NCBI GenBank assembly: GCA_039028615.1
Contig: JBCCHT010000036.1
Span: forward strand, 1 to 64,000
Source of the DNA: Myxococcota bacterium
GTDB lineage: Bacteria; Myxococcota_A; Polyangia; Nannocystales; Nannocystaceae
Direction: 5' to 3'
Length of the DNA stretch: 64,000 bases
Position 1 is the first letter of the stretch; every line of letters starts with the position of its first letter. The notes under the pieces were generated by a model. That model was not told the DNA's origin. It made no database searches and saw only the letters and a list, made by a program, of their open reading frames with translations. The position numbers and the translations under genes are program-made. Positions 32,265 through 40,773 of this stretch are shown in pieces.

Positions 32265-35200
32265 TCAGCCTTTGGTGCGATCGATGTCCGACAGCGGCGG
32301 CAGCAACCGACGCAGCCAGTCATCCAGCATCACCAACCCCGAGATGCTCGGATTCGTCTCCGCCTGCTCATTGACCCGCTTCGCAAAGTCCCGAAGGTTC
32401 GCCCGGTCGAGCATCCCCTGCACGTCGTCCCCTTCCACCATGCGCACCAGCTTGTGCACGTGGAAGTTGAGCTGACGCCGCATCGCCGCGACGGACGGGC
32501 CGTCCCACGAGGAGTCCGGCTTCAGGCGGTCGATGGCCTGGTTGAGGAAGTTGAAGTTCAGGGCATCCGTGACCGAAAGGCGCAGCCACAGCATGTCCCG
32601 CGCCTCGCGGCCGAGGATGGAGGCCAGGCGAACGGCGTCGAGCACCGGGGTCAGGTAGCGCAGGGTAACGATGCGCTGAGCGAGGCTGCGCGGCAGCCCC
32701 AGCTTCTCGAAGCGCTCGAGGCGTCTGGCGGTACGGCCGCGAGATCCGGCCGGGAGCGCCTGCTCGACGTTGGCGAGCAGCTCCCGGACCTGCGAGGCCC
32801 CCTCGGCATCGAGCTCGGGCATGCCGACCTGGTCGAGCAGATAGAAGGTCGCGTCCTCGAGCGAGTTCTGGATGAAGGCCATCGCCTCGTACACCGAGTT
32901 GGTGCGGTGCTTGTCCTCGAGGGCGTACAGCTCCTTCTGGAGGGAGGCGAGGTCGGCGGCCCCGGCCGCGCGCAGGTAAGCCTCGGTGATCTCGCTGATC
33001 GACTTGAGCGTGCCCGTGCCCACCTCGGTGTAGAAGGTGCCGCCCATGTTGTCGACGATGTGGTTGACCACCATCGTGGTGGCAATCTCGCGACGCAGCA
33101 GGTGGCCCTGCACGGCCTCGGTGCCGGCCAGGTCGGTCACGCGGGCGGGGAAGTAGGCGGTGACGAAGTCGTCGACCATCTTCGCGGGCAGCGGGTCACC
33201 CTCGAGCAGCTCGCGGTAGGCGAGCATCTTGGCGTGCGAGCACAAGACCGAGGCCTCGCACTTGTACATGCCCAAGCCCTTGTGGACCCGGTTGAACAGC
33301 TCGTCATCGCCGGGCAACGAGAAGGCCTCGGGGTTGAAGGGCACGCGCTCGGCCAGCACGCCCATGGCCCGCGCGTAGCGGAACACGTCGACCTTGGAGC
33401 GCACGACGTCGAAGGACACCATGCGGCTCTGGGCGCGGTTGTTGGCCAGCACCATCTGCACGACCTCTTCCTCGCAGTCCTCGAGCAGGGTGTTGCGAGC
33501 GTCGCGAGTGGTGGCGGCCGCGGCCAGTAGCGGCGCGAAGAGGATCTTGATGTTGACCTCGTGGTCGGAGATGTCGACGCCGCCCGAGTTGTCGAGGAAG
33601 GCGTTGTAGTTGAGGCCGCCGCGACGGGCGTACTCGGCCCGGCCTCGGTCCGTGATGGCCAGGTTCGCGCCCTCGCCGAGCACCTTGCAGCGCAGGTCGC
33701 AGGCGTCCACGCGCACGCTGTCGTTGGCCTTGTCGCCGACCTCGGAGTTCGATTCCTCCTTGGCCTTGATGTACGTGCCGATGCCGCCCATCCACAGCAG
33801 GTCGACCTCGAGCTGGAGGATGGCCTGGATGACCTCGTCGCCGTTGACGGTCTTGTCGGCGGGCAGGCCGAGCAGCTCGCGGGCCTCGGCCGACAGCGGG
33901 ACTTCCTTGCTCTTGCGCGGGAAGACGCCGCCGCCGGGGCTGAGCACGTCGCCCGAGTAGTCCTCCCAGGTCGACCGCGGCATCTCGAACAGGCGCTTGC
34001 GCTCCTCGAAGCTCTTGGCCGGGTCGGGCGTGGGGTCGATGAAGATGTGGATGTGGTTGAAGGCGGCGACGAGCTTGACGGTACGGCTGCGCAGCAGGCC
34101 GTTGCCGAACACGTCGCCGCTCATGTCGCCCACGCCGACGGCACTGATGACGTCGGCCTCGGGGTCGACGCCCAGCTCGTTGAAGCAGCGACGGGTCACC
34201 TCCCACGCGCCGCGGGCGGTGATGCCGGTCTTCTTGTGGTCGTAGCCGTGGCTACCGCCCGAGGCGAAGGCGTCGTCGAGCCAGAAGCCGTGCTCGGCAC
34301 TGATCGCGTTGGCGGTGTCGCTGAGGTGGGCGGTGCCCTTGTCGGCCGCGACCACCAGGTACTGGTCGTCGTCTTCGCGGTGGCGAAGGATGCCCTTGGG
34401 GGTCACCGTCTCGCCCTCGACGACGTTGTCGGTCACCGACAGCAGCGCGCGGATGAACTTACCGTAGTAGTGGTCTCCGGCCTTGCGCAGGGCGTCGCGC
34501 TCGGTGGGCGGGTTGCGGAGCACGAAGCCGCCCTTGGCTCCCATGGGCACGATGAGCACGTTCTTGACCATCTGCGTGGCCATGAGACCGTGAATCTCGG
34601 TGCGGAAGTCGTCGGGGCGATCGGAGAAGCGCAGGCCGCCGCGAGCGACCTTGCCGCCCCGAAGGTGGACGCCTTCGAAGTCGGGGTGCGAGACCCAAAT
34701 CTCGCGGTAGGGCTTGGGCTCGGGACCAAAGGAGAGCCGACGCGCCGCGACCTTGAACGCCAGAGCTTCGCCCGCCGCTCGGTCGGCGACGTAGGCGTTG
34801 GTGCGCCGGGTCGCCCGGAACAGCTCAGCCACGGCCTGGAGCACGCGATCGGCGGTGTAGTCGGTGACCAGCCGCAGCTCCTTGGCCAGCGTGTTCTCGG
34901 TGGCTTCGGCCAGCTCGTCGGTCGCGATCTCGGGGTCGAAGCGCGCGGCCAGCCACTGCATGAGGGCAGAGGCAGCCAGCGGGTGATCGACCAGCGCGGA
35001 GCGAATGACGGCCGCGTCGAAGGGCAGCCGCAGCTGATGCATGTGCGCCACGTAGGCCCGCAGGACCTCGACGTCGCGCGCGGTCAGATCCGAGACGACG
35101 ATGAGCCGGTTGAGGTCGTCCTCGCCCGCCTTGCCCTCGAACACCTCGCCCAGGGCGGCCACGATGTTGGCCCGCCGCGCGAGCACGGGACCGATGCGCT

Positions 35201-37010
35201 CGGCCGCCAGCTCGAAGCGGAAGTTGTCCATGTCCACCGGAGGCAGGTGGGGTACCAGGATTTCCCGGCTGTACTCGTCGATGACCTCGAAGCCGAAGCC
35301 GCTGAGCACGGGCAGCTCGCGGCTGAGGTTGAGCGGGTCTCGCGAGAAGATGCGCAGGTTGAGCGACCCGGGGTGGTCGCCGAACTCGGAGCTGTACAGG
35401 TCGCAGGTGACCTCGGCCCCTTCGCGCAGGCTCTCGAGGCAGAGCACGTCGCCCTTGATCCGCGCCACGCTGCAGCGGCGCTTGTGCTCCTCGTTGAAGG
35501 CGTTCTCGTAGATCTCGAACAGCTCCTCGGAGCGGCCCTCGGGCGCCACCGACTCGACCGCTTCGCGCAGTCGATCGCCCCAGGTGCGCGCGTGGGCCAG
35601 GACCTTCTCGCGCAGTTCCTCGGTGTCCACCGCCCGCAGCGGCCCGACTCCGGTGACATAAAAGTGGATGACCGCGTTGTCGTAGCGATCGATATAGACG
35701 CCGTAGTCGGCGTAGCTGCCCCCGAGGTCCTGCAGCAGGACGTCCTGCACCTGCTGGCGCAGCTCTTCGGAGAACTGCCAGCGCGGCAGGGCCACGAACA
35801 CGAAGGCGAAGCGGCTGCCCTCGCCGATGCGAATGTGGACGTCACTGCCGCCCTCGGCCTCGGCCCGGAGGATGCGATCGGTGAGCTCCCAGACGCTCTC
35901 GGGCTCTTCGGAGAGCAGGTACTCGAGCGGCAGCGAGTTGAAGGCGTTGGTGATGTTCTTGCCGCGCTCGGACGATGCCGCGACCTGGCGGTCGTTGAGC
36001 ATGCCGTGCAGCACGGTGTGAATCACCGGGATCTGCTCGGGCGGAGTGTGCAGCGCCTTGTAGGTGAACAGGCCCTCGATGAAGACCGAGCCCACCGGGC
36101 TGCCGTCCTCGCCGAAGGTGGTGGCCACGAAGTAACCAGGCTTGCCCGCCCGGTGCACGGGCGACTCCTCGGAGCTGCGCTCGTAGCGAATGTGGCGGGT
36201 CTTGCCGGAGCCGGTGGCCTCGAGCAGCGCCTTGTCGCGCGGGGTCTTGCGGATGGTGCTGATGCCCAGCGACTGCAGCTGCTGGCCCGCGGTGTCGTAG
36301 CGCTCGACGGAGAACAGCACGAAGTTCTCGTCGCACAGCCAGCGCAGCAGCGACTCGGACTCGCGCACGGCCGCGGCGGCGTCGCCATGCAGATCGGAGG
36401 CGGCGGCGAAGTACGCATCGGCCACGTCTTCGATGACCGTGGACATGGGCGTGAAGTCGCGGACCATCGCCTGGGCCAAGGCGAGCCGGCCCTCGATGCG
36501 CTCGTGCAGTCCCTTGGGGATGCCGCCGCCGTCACGACCACCGCTGCTGCCCGGCGAGCTGGCCTCGATGCGCATCAGCGACTCGGCGTTGCCCGTGCCG
36601 ATGCCGGTCAGCTTGCCCGCCGGGTCGCGGCGCACTCGCACGATCGAGTTGACCGAGCGGCGAATCTCGTAGTGCTCGGCCGCAAGCGCGGCGCGCATCG
36701 TCGACACCAAGAACGGTTGGTCCTCGAGGCAGCTGACGATGACCAGGGTGTCGGTGTCCTCCTGGTACGAAAGGTCGACCTTGATCTCGCCCTTCTTGCG
36801 GAGGTTGAGCAGGCCCAGCATGTCCTCGAACTGATCGAGCAAGCGCGCGCTCGGGACCCCTCGCAAGTCGCGGACGTCCACCGAGCCCATGACCGCCTTC
36901 GCCAGCGCCACCAAGTGCTCGCGATCGGTGTCAGAATGCCGTGGTTCGAAGGTCTGGAGCTGTTGCTGGACCTCGCTGATGAGCCGACTCGTGAGCTGGC
37001 GGGGCGACAT
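32265..37010 (-). CDS. gdhB: Large NAD-specific glutamate dehydrogenase (1581 aa)
   Basis: EGVHLRGGKVARGGLRFSDR, MVKN..IVPMGAKGGF, YLVVAADKGTA, GVGDMSGDVFGNG, EGANL, DNSGGVD.SDHEVNIKI. Confidence 0.95.
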   Translation of the reverse strand: MSPRQLTSRLISEVQQQLQTFEPRHSDTDREHLVALAKAVMGSVDVRDLRGVPSARLLDQFEDMLGLLNLRKKGEIKVDLSYQEDTDTLVIVSCLEDQPFLVSTMRAALAAEHYEIRRSVNSIVRVRRDPAGKLTGIGTGNAESLMRIEASSPGSSGGRDGGGIPKGLHERIEGRLALAQAMVRDFTPMSTVIEDVADAYFAAASDLHGDAAAAVRESESLLRWLCDENFVLFSVERYDTAGQQLQSLGISTIRKTPRDKALLEATGSGKTRHIRYERSSEESPVHRAGKPGYFVATTFGEDGSPVGSVFIEGLFTYKALHTPPEQIPVIHTVLHGMLNDRQVAASSERGKNITNAFNSLPLEYLLSEEPESVWELTDRILRAEAEGGSDVHIRIGEGSRFAFVFVALPRWQFSEELRQQVQDVLLQDLGGSYADYGVYIDRYDNAVIHFYVTGVGPLRAVDTEELREKVLAHARTWGDRLREAVESVAPEGRSEELFEIYENAFNEEHKRRCSVARIKGDVLCLESLREGAEVTCDLYSSEFGDHPGSLNLRIFSRDPLNLSRELPVLSGFGFEVIDEYSREILVPHLPPVDMDNFRFELAAERIGPVLARRANIVAALGEVFEGKAGEDDLNRLIVVSDLTARDVEVLRAYVAHMHQLRLPFDAAVIRSALVDHPLAASALMQWLAARFDPEIATDELAEATENTLAKELRLVTDYTADRVLQAVAELFRATRRTNAYVADRAAGEALAFKVAARRLSFGPEPKPYREIWVSHPDFEGVHLRGGKVARGGLRFSDRPDDFRTEIHGLMATQMVKNVLIVPMGAKGGFVLRNPPTERDALRKAGDHYYGKFIRALLSVTDNVVEGETVTPKGILRHREDDDQYLVVAADKGTAHLSDTANAISAEHGFWLDDAFASGGSHGYDHKKTGITARGAWEVTRRCFNELGVDPEADVISAVGVGDMSGDVFGNGLLRSRTVKLVAAFNHIHIFIDPTPDPAKSFEERKRLFEMPRSTWEDYSGDVLSPGGGVFPRKSKEVPLSAEARELLGLPADKTVNGDEVIQAILQLEVDLLWMGGIGTYIKAKEESNSEVGDKANDSVRVDACDLRCKVLGEGANLAITDRGRAEYARRGGLNYNAFLDNSGGVDISDHEVNIKILFAPLLAAAATTRDARNTLLEDCEEEVVQMVLANNRAQSRMVSFDVVRSKVDVFRYARAMGVLAERVPFNPEAFSLPGDDELFNRVHKGLGMYKCEASVLCSHAKMLAYRELLEGDPLPAKMVDDFVTAYFPARVTDLAGTEAVQGHLLRREIATTMVVNHIVDNMGGTFYTEVGTGTLKSISEITEAYLRAAGAADLASLQKELYALEDKHRTNSVYEAMAFIQNSLEDATFYLLDQVGMPELDAEGASQVRELLANVEQALPAGSRGRTARRLERFEKLGLPRSLAQRIVTLRYLTPVLDAVRLASILGREARDMLWLRLSVTDALNFNFLNQAIDRLKPDSSWDGPSVAAMRRQLNFHVHKLVRMVEGDDVQGMLDRANLRDFAKRVNEQAETNPSISGLVMLDDWLRRLLPPLSDIDRTKG

Positions 37011-37094
37011 GTGACACGAAACATCCCGCAGCCAATGGGGACATGCAACGTGCGGAACGCTTCATGCCATGAGTGAAGGGTCACGGGGCTACAA

Positions 37095-37646
37095 TCACGA
37101 ACGCCCACGCGAAATCACCACTCGGGGGCGCAACCTTTGCAAGGTGGCCGGACCGATGCCGCGGACCGACAGCAGGTCTTCGAACGCGGTGTAGGGGCGT
37201 CCTTGGATGATGCGCCGGGCAAGCACGGGACCGATGCGCGGCAAGCTGCTCAGCTCGGTTTCATCGGCGGCATCGAGTTCGACCGGCAACCCCAGCGTAG
37301 CCAGGTCTTCGGCCGACATGCGCTCCCAACCGTGTTCCGGGGTATGCGGCTCGACCCATGGCCGTGCACACAGCTGCGCGGTTCGGAGCGCGTCTCCAGA
37401 CATGATCGGCGATGCGGACTCCGGCCCGGTGCCCGGGCATAACGCCCCGGGCTCGCGGGGGAGTTCGTCGCCACAACGGAGTTCACCATCGACCAGGCCC
37501 GCGCGCTCGCAGGCCACCGCGACCGGGGCTGGGGGAACACCACCTACCTGCGACCACAGAGCAATCGCGGCCAGGATGATGACCAGCAGCCCGGGGATGG
37601 CGATCGCCCGGCGGGCTCGGCTCGCGAAGGCGCCCCGGCTCCGCAT
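37095..37646 (-). CDS. comEA: ComEA-family helix-hairpin-helix DNA-binding protein
   Basis: N-terminal TM; LSSLPRIGPVLARRII, LLSVRGIGPATLQRL; start approximate. Confidence 0.75.
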   Translation of the reverse strand: MRSRGAFASRARRAIAIPGLLVIILAAIALWSQVGGVPPAPVAVACERAGLVDGELRCGDELPREPGALCPGTGPESASPIMSGDALRTAQLCARPWVEPHTPEHGWERMSAEDLATLGLPVELDAADETELSSLPRIGPVLARRIIQGRPYTAFEDLLSVRGIGPATLQRLRPRVVISRGRS

Positions 37647-37803
37647 CACGCGTGCGCCCCCGACTGTGCCTCGAATGCGGCCATGCGCCCGCGCGATCGC
37701 CCAGAGCCGCTGTGCCCCACCGACGGGCACAGCCCATCACCAGACGCGCAGGGTCGCTCCCGTCCGGTCGGTAGACAAACGGCCGACGCGGCCGTGTCGT
37801 GGC

Positions 37804-39114
37804 TCAGCCGTCGCTTTGCGACGCGCGCTTGGGACCCTCGTGGAGCCCGAAGCCGTCGTGCAGACATCGCAGGGCCAGCTCGCCATAGCGCTCGCTGACC
37901 ACCACCGAGATCTTGATCTCGGAGGTGGAGACCATCTGGATGTTGATGCCCTCGCCGGCCAGCAGCTCGAAGGTCTTGGCGGCGACGCCGGCGTGGCTGC
38001 GCATGCCCACCCCGACCACCGAGACCTTGCAGATCTTCGGATCGGTGAGGATGGATGCCGGCCGCGCCCCCTCGGGGAACGACAGGTCGGTGAGCAACGA
38101 CTTGGCGCGATCGAGTTCGGCCTCGGGCACGGTGAAGGTCACGTCGGTGTGGCCCTCGTGCGCCGCGTTTTGAATGATCATGTCGACCACGATCCCCGCA
38201 TCGCCCAGGGCGCCAAAGAGCCCGGCGACGGTGCCGGGCCGGTCGGGGACCTGGGTGAGCGTGACCTTGGCTTCGTTGCGGTCGAGCGCGACCGCCGATA
38301 CCACCACGTCTTCCATGCTGGGCTCCTCGGGAACGATGAAGGTGCCCGGCCCTTCGTGCAGGCTGCTCCGCACGTGGACCGGGACTCCGTGCTTCATGGC
38401 CAGCTCGACGCTGCGACTTTGGAGCACCTTGGCTCCGAGGGCAGACAGCTCGAGCATCTCTTCGTAGCTGATGCGGTCGATCTTGCGGGCGTGCGAGACG
38501 ACGCGGGGGTCGGTGGTGAAGACGCCGTCGACGTCGGTGAGAATCTCGCAGACGTCGGCCTTCATGGCGGCGGCGAAGGCCACGGCCGAGGTGTCGGACC
38601 CGCCACGCCCCAGCGTGGTGATGTCGCCCGCCTCGTCGATGCCCTGAAAGCCCGCACACACCACCACGCGCCCGGCATCGACCTCGCGACGGATTCGCTC
38701 GTGGTCGATGTTCTTGATGCGGGCCCGCGTGAAGTTGCGGTCGGTCTTCATGCCCAGCTGATGCCCCACCAGCGACACCGCCTTGCCCCCCGCATCGACG
38801 ATGGCCATGGCGAGCAGCGAAGCGCTGACCTTCTCGCCCGTGGCCACCAGCTGATCGAGCTCGCGATCGTGGGTGCCCTCGCGTCGCTTGGCGACGACGT
38901 AGGGGTTCTTGCCGGCCGTGTTGCCCGACTGATCGTCGGGCTCGACCAGCGCATTGGCCAGCGCGATGAGCCGGTTGGTCTCGCCCGCCATCGCGGAGAC
39001 GATGACGACCACCTGGTGCCCTTGCTGGGCCAACTTCAGGCAGCGCGACGCACAGGCACGGATTCGATCGAGGTCGGCGACGGAAGACCCGCCGTATTTC
39101 TGGAGCACGAGCAT
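37804..39114 (-). CDS. lysC: Aspartate kinase
   Basis: [36 protein letters not shown], two ACT domains, STSEIKIS. Confidence 0.96.
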   Translation of the reverse strand: MLVLQKYGGSSVADLDRIRACASRCLKLAQQGHQVVVIVSAMAGETNRLIALANALVEPDDQSGNTAGKNPYVVAKRREGTHDRELDQLVATGEKVSASLLAMAIVDAGGKAVSLVGHQLGMKTDRNFTRARIKNIDHERIRREVDAGRVVVCAGFQGIDEAGDITTLGRGGSDTSAVAFAAAMKADVCEILTDVDGVFTTDPRVVSHARKIDRISYEEMLELSALGAKVLQSRSVELAMKHGVPVHVRSSLHEGPGTFIVPEEPSMEDVVVSAVALDRNEAKVTLTQVPDRPGTVAGLFGALGDAGIVVDMIIQNAAHEGHTDVTFTVPEAELDRAKSLLTDLSFPEGARPASILTDPKICKVSVVGVGMRSHAGVAAKTFELLAGEGINIQMVSTSEIKISVVVSERYGELALRCLHDGFGLHEGPKRASQSDG

Positions 39115-39295
39115 GGGCGACCCGGTGCCCTTTGTACGGGCGCCCCTGCGGCGGTGTAAAGCACTCACCCGACACATCGACTTGTCGGCCCTCGAAGCGG
39201 ATCGTTGCGACCCGCCCGGGACATGAACACCCGCCACTGAACGCCCGCGCGAACGCGACGGACACCGACCGGGTTCACCGGTAAATCATCGGGGT

Positions 39296-39532
39296 TCAGC
39301 CCTTGTCGTCGGGGAACAGGCCGAGCTGCCGCAGGAATCGCTCGGGCATCCGCGGACGCCGACGACGAGCCTCTTGTTGAATCAGCAGCTCGATGCCCGC
39401 CCGACAGCTGCCACAGCCGCTGCCCGCATCGCAGGCCTCTCCGACCGCGTCGACGGTGCGAGCGCCCGCTCGGATGGCGGCCACGACCGCGCGCTCTTCG
39501 ACGAGCAGGCACTGACAGAGGATGCGCGACAC
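39296..39532 (-). CDS. Bacterioferritin-associated ferredoxin-like [2Fe-2S] protein
   Basis: ILCQC...AGSGCGSC (CxC...CxxC BFD motif). Confidence 0.8.
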   Translation of the reverse strand: MSRILCQCLLVEERAVVAAIRAGARTVDAVGEACDAGSGCGSCRAGIELLIQQEARRRRPRMPERFLRQLGLFPDDKG

Positions 39533-39701
39533 GTGCTGCTGGGATAGCCCACGGCTCCGGGCTCGTCCATGCCCAGGATCGAGCAGCGCGCCCGAATGCC
39601 ACCCCTGCGCACTCCTTCATACCCGACGCCCAAACCGGGCGCCCTAGGCGCAATGCGGGACGTGGGCTCGGCCGAGCCGCGTAACGAGTGTTCGGCGGGA
39701 A

Positions 39702-40703
39702 TCAGCTCCCGGGGCGCACCAGCTCGGGCATCTCGTCCAGCAGCGAGATGAAGCCGACCTGGGACCGACCCTCGACATCGGGACGACTAAGGCTGATCTG
39801 AGCCTTGGCCACGGGACCGACCGTCGACCTGACTTGATCGGCGGGCAGGTGGTAGCCGACCTCCTTGTCGGTGAGCACCACCTCGAAGTCGACGTCCGAC
39901 GACAGCTCCTCGAGCATTCGCGTGGCCATCCACTCGAAGGCTTCGTCGTCGGAGATGGAGGTTTGGACCTGATCCAGGGGTTGGATGTCGACGTCGGTGA
40001 GCCGCAAGTCGCGAAGCAGACCGTCGCGGTGCACCGTGATCTGGAACTCGGAGTTCAGCACGGGGATACCGTCGACCACGCGGTTGTAGATGAACACGAA
40101 GTCGAGCACCGTGACCACGGAGTTCTCGGCGTCCGCGGGAACGTACGTCCGCCGACTGAGCCCCGCGCCCGTGAGCGCATAGTCGGCATCGGGGATGGCC
40201 CCCGCACCACACAGCTCGCCCAAGATCTCGTCGGCCCGCATCCTCGCTCGCTCGGCCCCGATGCCGTCGTCCAGCTCGCCCTGCGCGTTCAACATCTCGT
40301 CGATGGTCGGATTGCGGATACCGTAGTCCCGGATGTGCACAGAAGCGAAGTACGGATCGTAGCGGACCGAGAGATCGGGGTACCGGGAAAAGGGCGTATC
40401 CGAGTACGTGGATTCGCTGTCGACGGCCAACGCCTCGGTGGCCCACGCCCGGGCCTGGGTCTCGGACACCACGACCCCGGCCATGGTGCTCGCCGCGGCC
40501 ACGACGTGGGCCGTGAGCGAGTCGACGTCCCACTCGGGGCGAGTCAGCTGCACCATGCGGACGGGAGCCTGGGCGGGAATGGAAAAATCCTCGACCTCGG
40601 TGTCCAGCTCGTGCTGCGACCAAGGGATCGGCTCGTCGACGACGGTCACGTCGTTGCATGCCGACAGCGTCAGCGCGGCCAGGAGGCTGAGAAGCAATCG
40701 CAT
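39702..40703 (-). CDS. Hypothetical lipoprotein
   Basis: MRLLLSLLAALTLSAC lipobox after GGAGG; YNRVVDGIPV..FQITVHRDG motif. Confidence 0.65.
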   Translation of the reverse strand: MRLLLSLLAALTLSACNDVTVVDEPIPWSQHELDTEVEDFSIPAQAPVRMVQLTRPEWDVDSLTAHVVAAASTMAGVVVSETQARAWATEALAVDSESTYSDTPFSRYPDLSVRYDPYFASVHIRDYGIRNPTIDEMLNAQGELDDGIGAERARMRADEILGELCGAGAIPDADYALTGAGLSRRTYVPADAENSVVTVLDFVFIYNRVVDGIPVLNSEFQITVHRDGLLRDLRLTDVDIQPLDQVQTSISDDEAFEWMATRMLEELSSDVDFEVVLTDKEVGYHLPADQVRSTVGPVAKAQISLSRPDVEGRSQVGFISLLDEMPELVRPGS

Positions 40704-40773
40704 GGAAACGTCGCCTCCTTCATTAGGCCCCGGCTGGCCACGATTGGACAGCAAAACCGTCCAGCTCCGGATT

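Larger units (their letters stand above)
32023..32269. repeat. Imperfect inverted repeat with ~82-bp arms (32023-32104 and 32186-32269), each containing a stop codon and a terminator
   Basis: Left GCTGAGTGCATCTCAGTTCTCACGAACAGCGCCGTTCGAGCATGGCTCGGAGGGCGCTTTTC aligns with the reverse complement of the right arm, GCTGAGAGCGACTCGGTTCTCGAGAAAACGCCCTTCGAGCTTGGCTCGGAGGGCGTTTCTTC. Confidence 0.8.
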
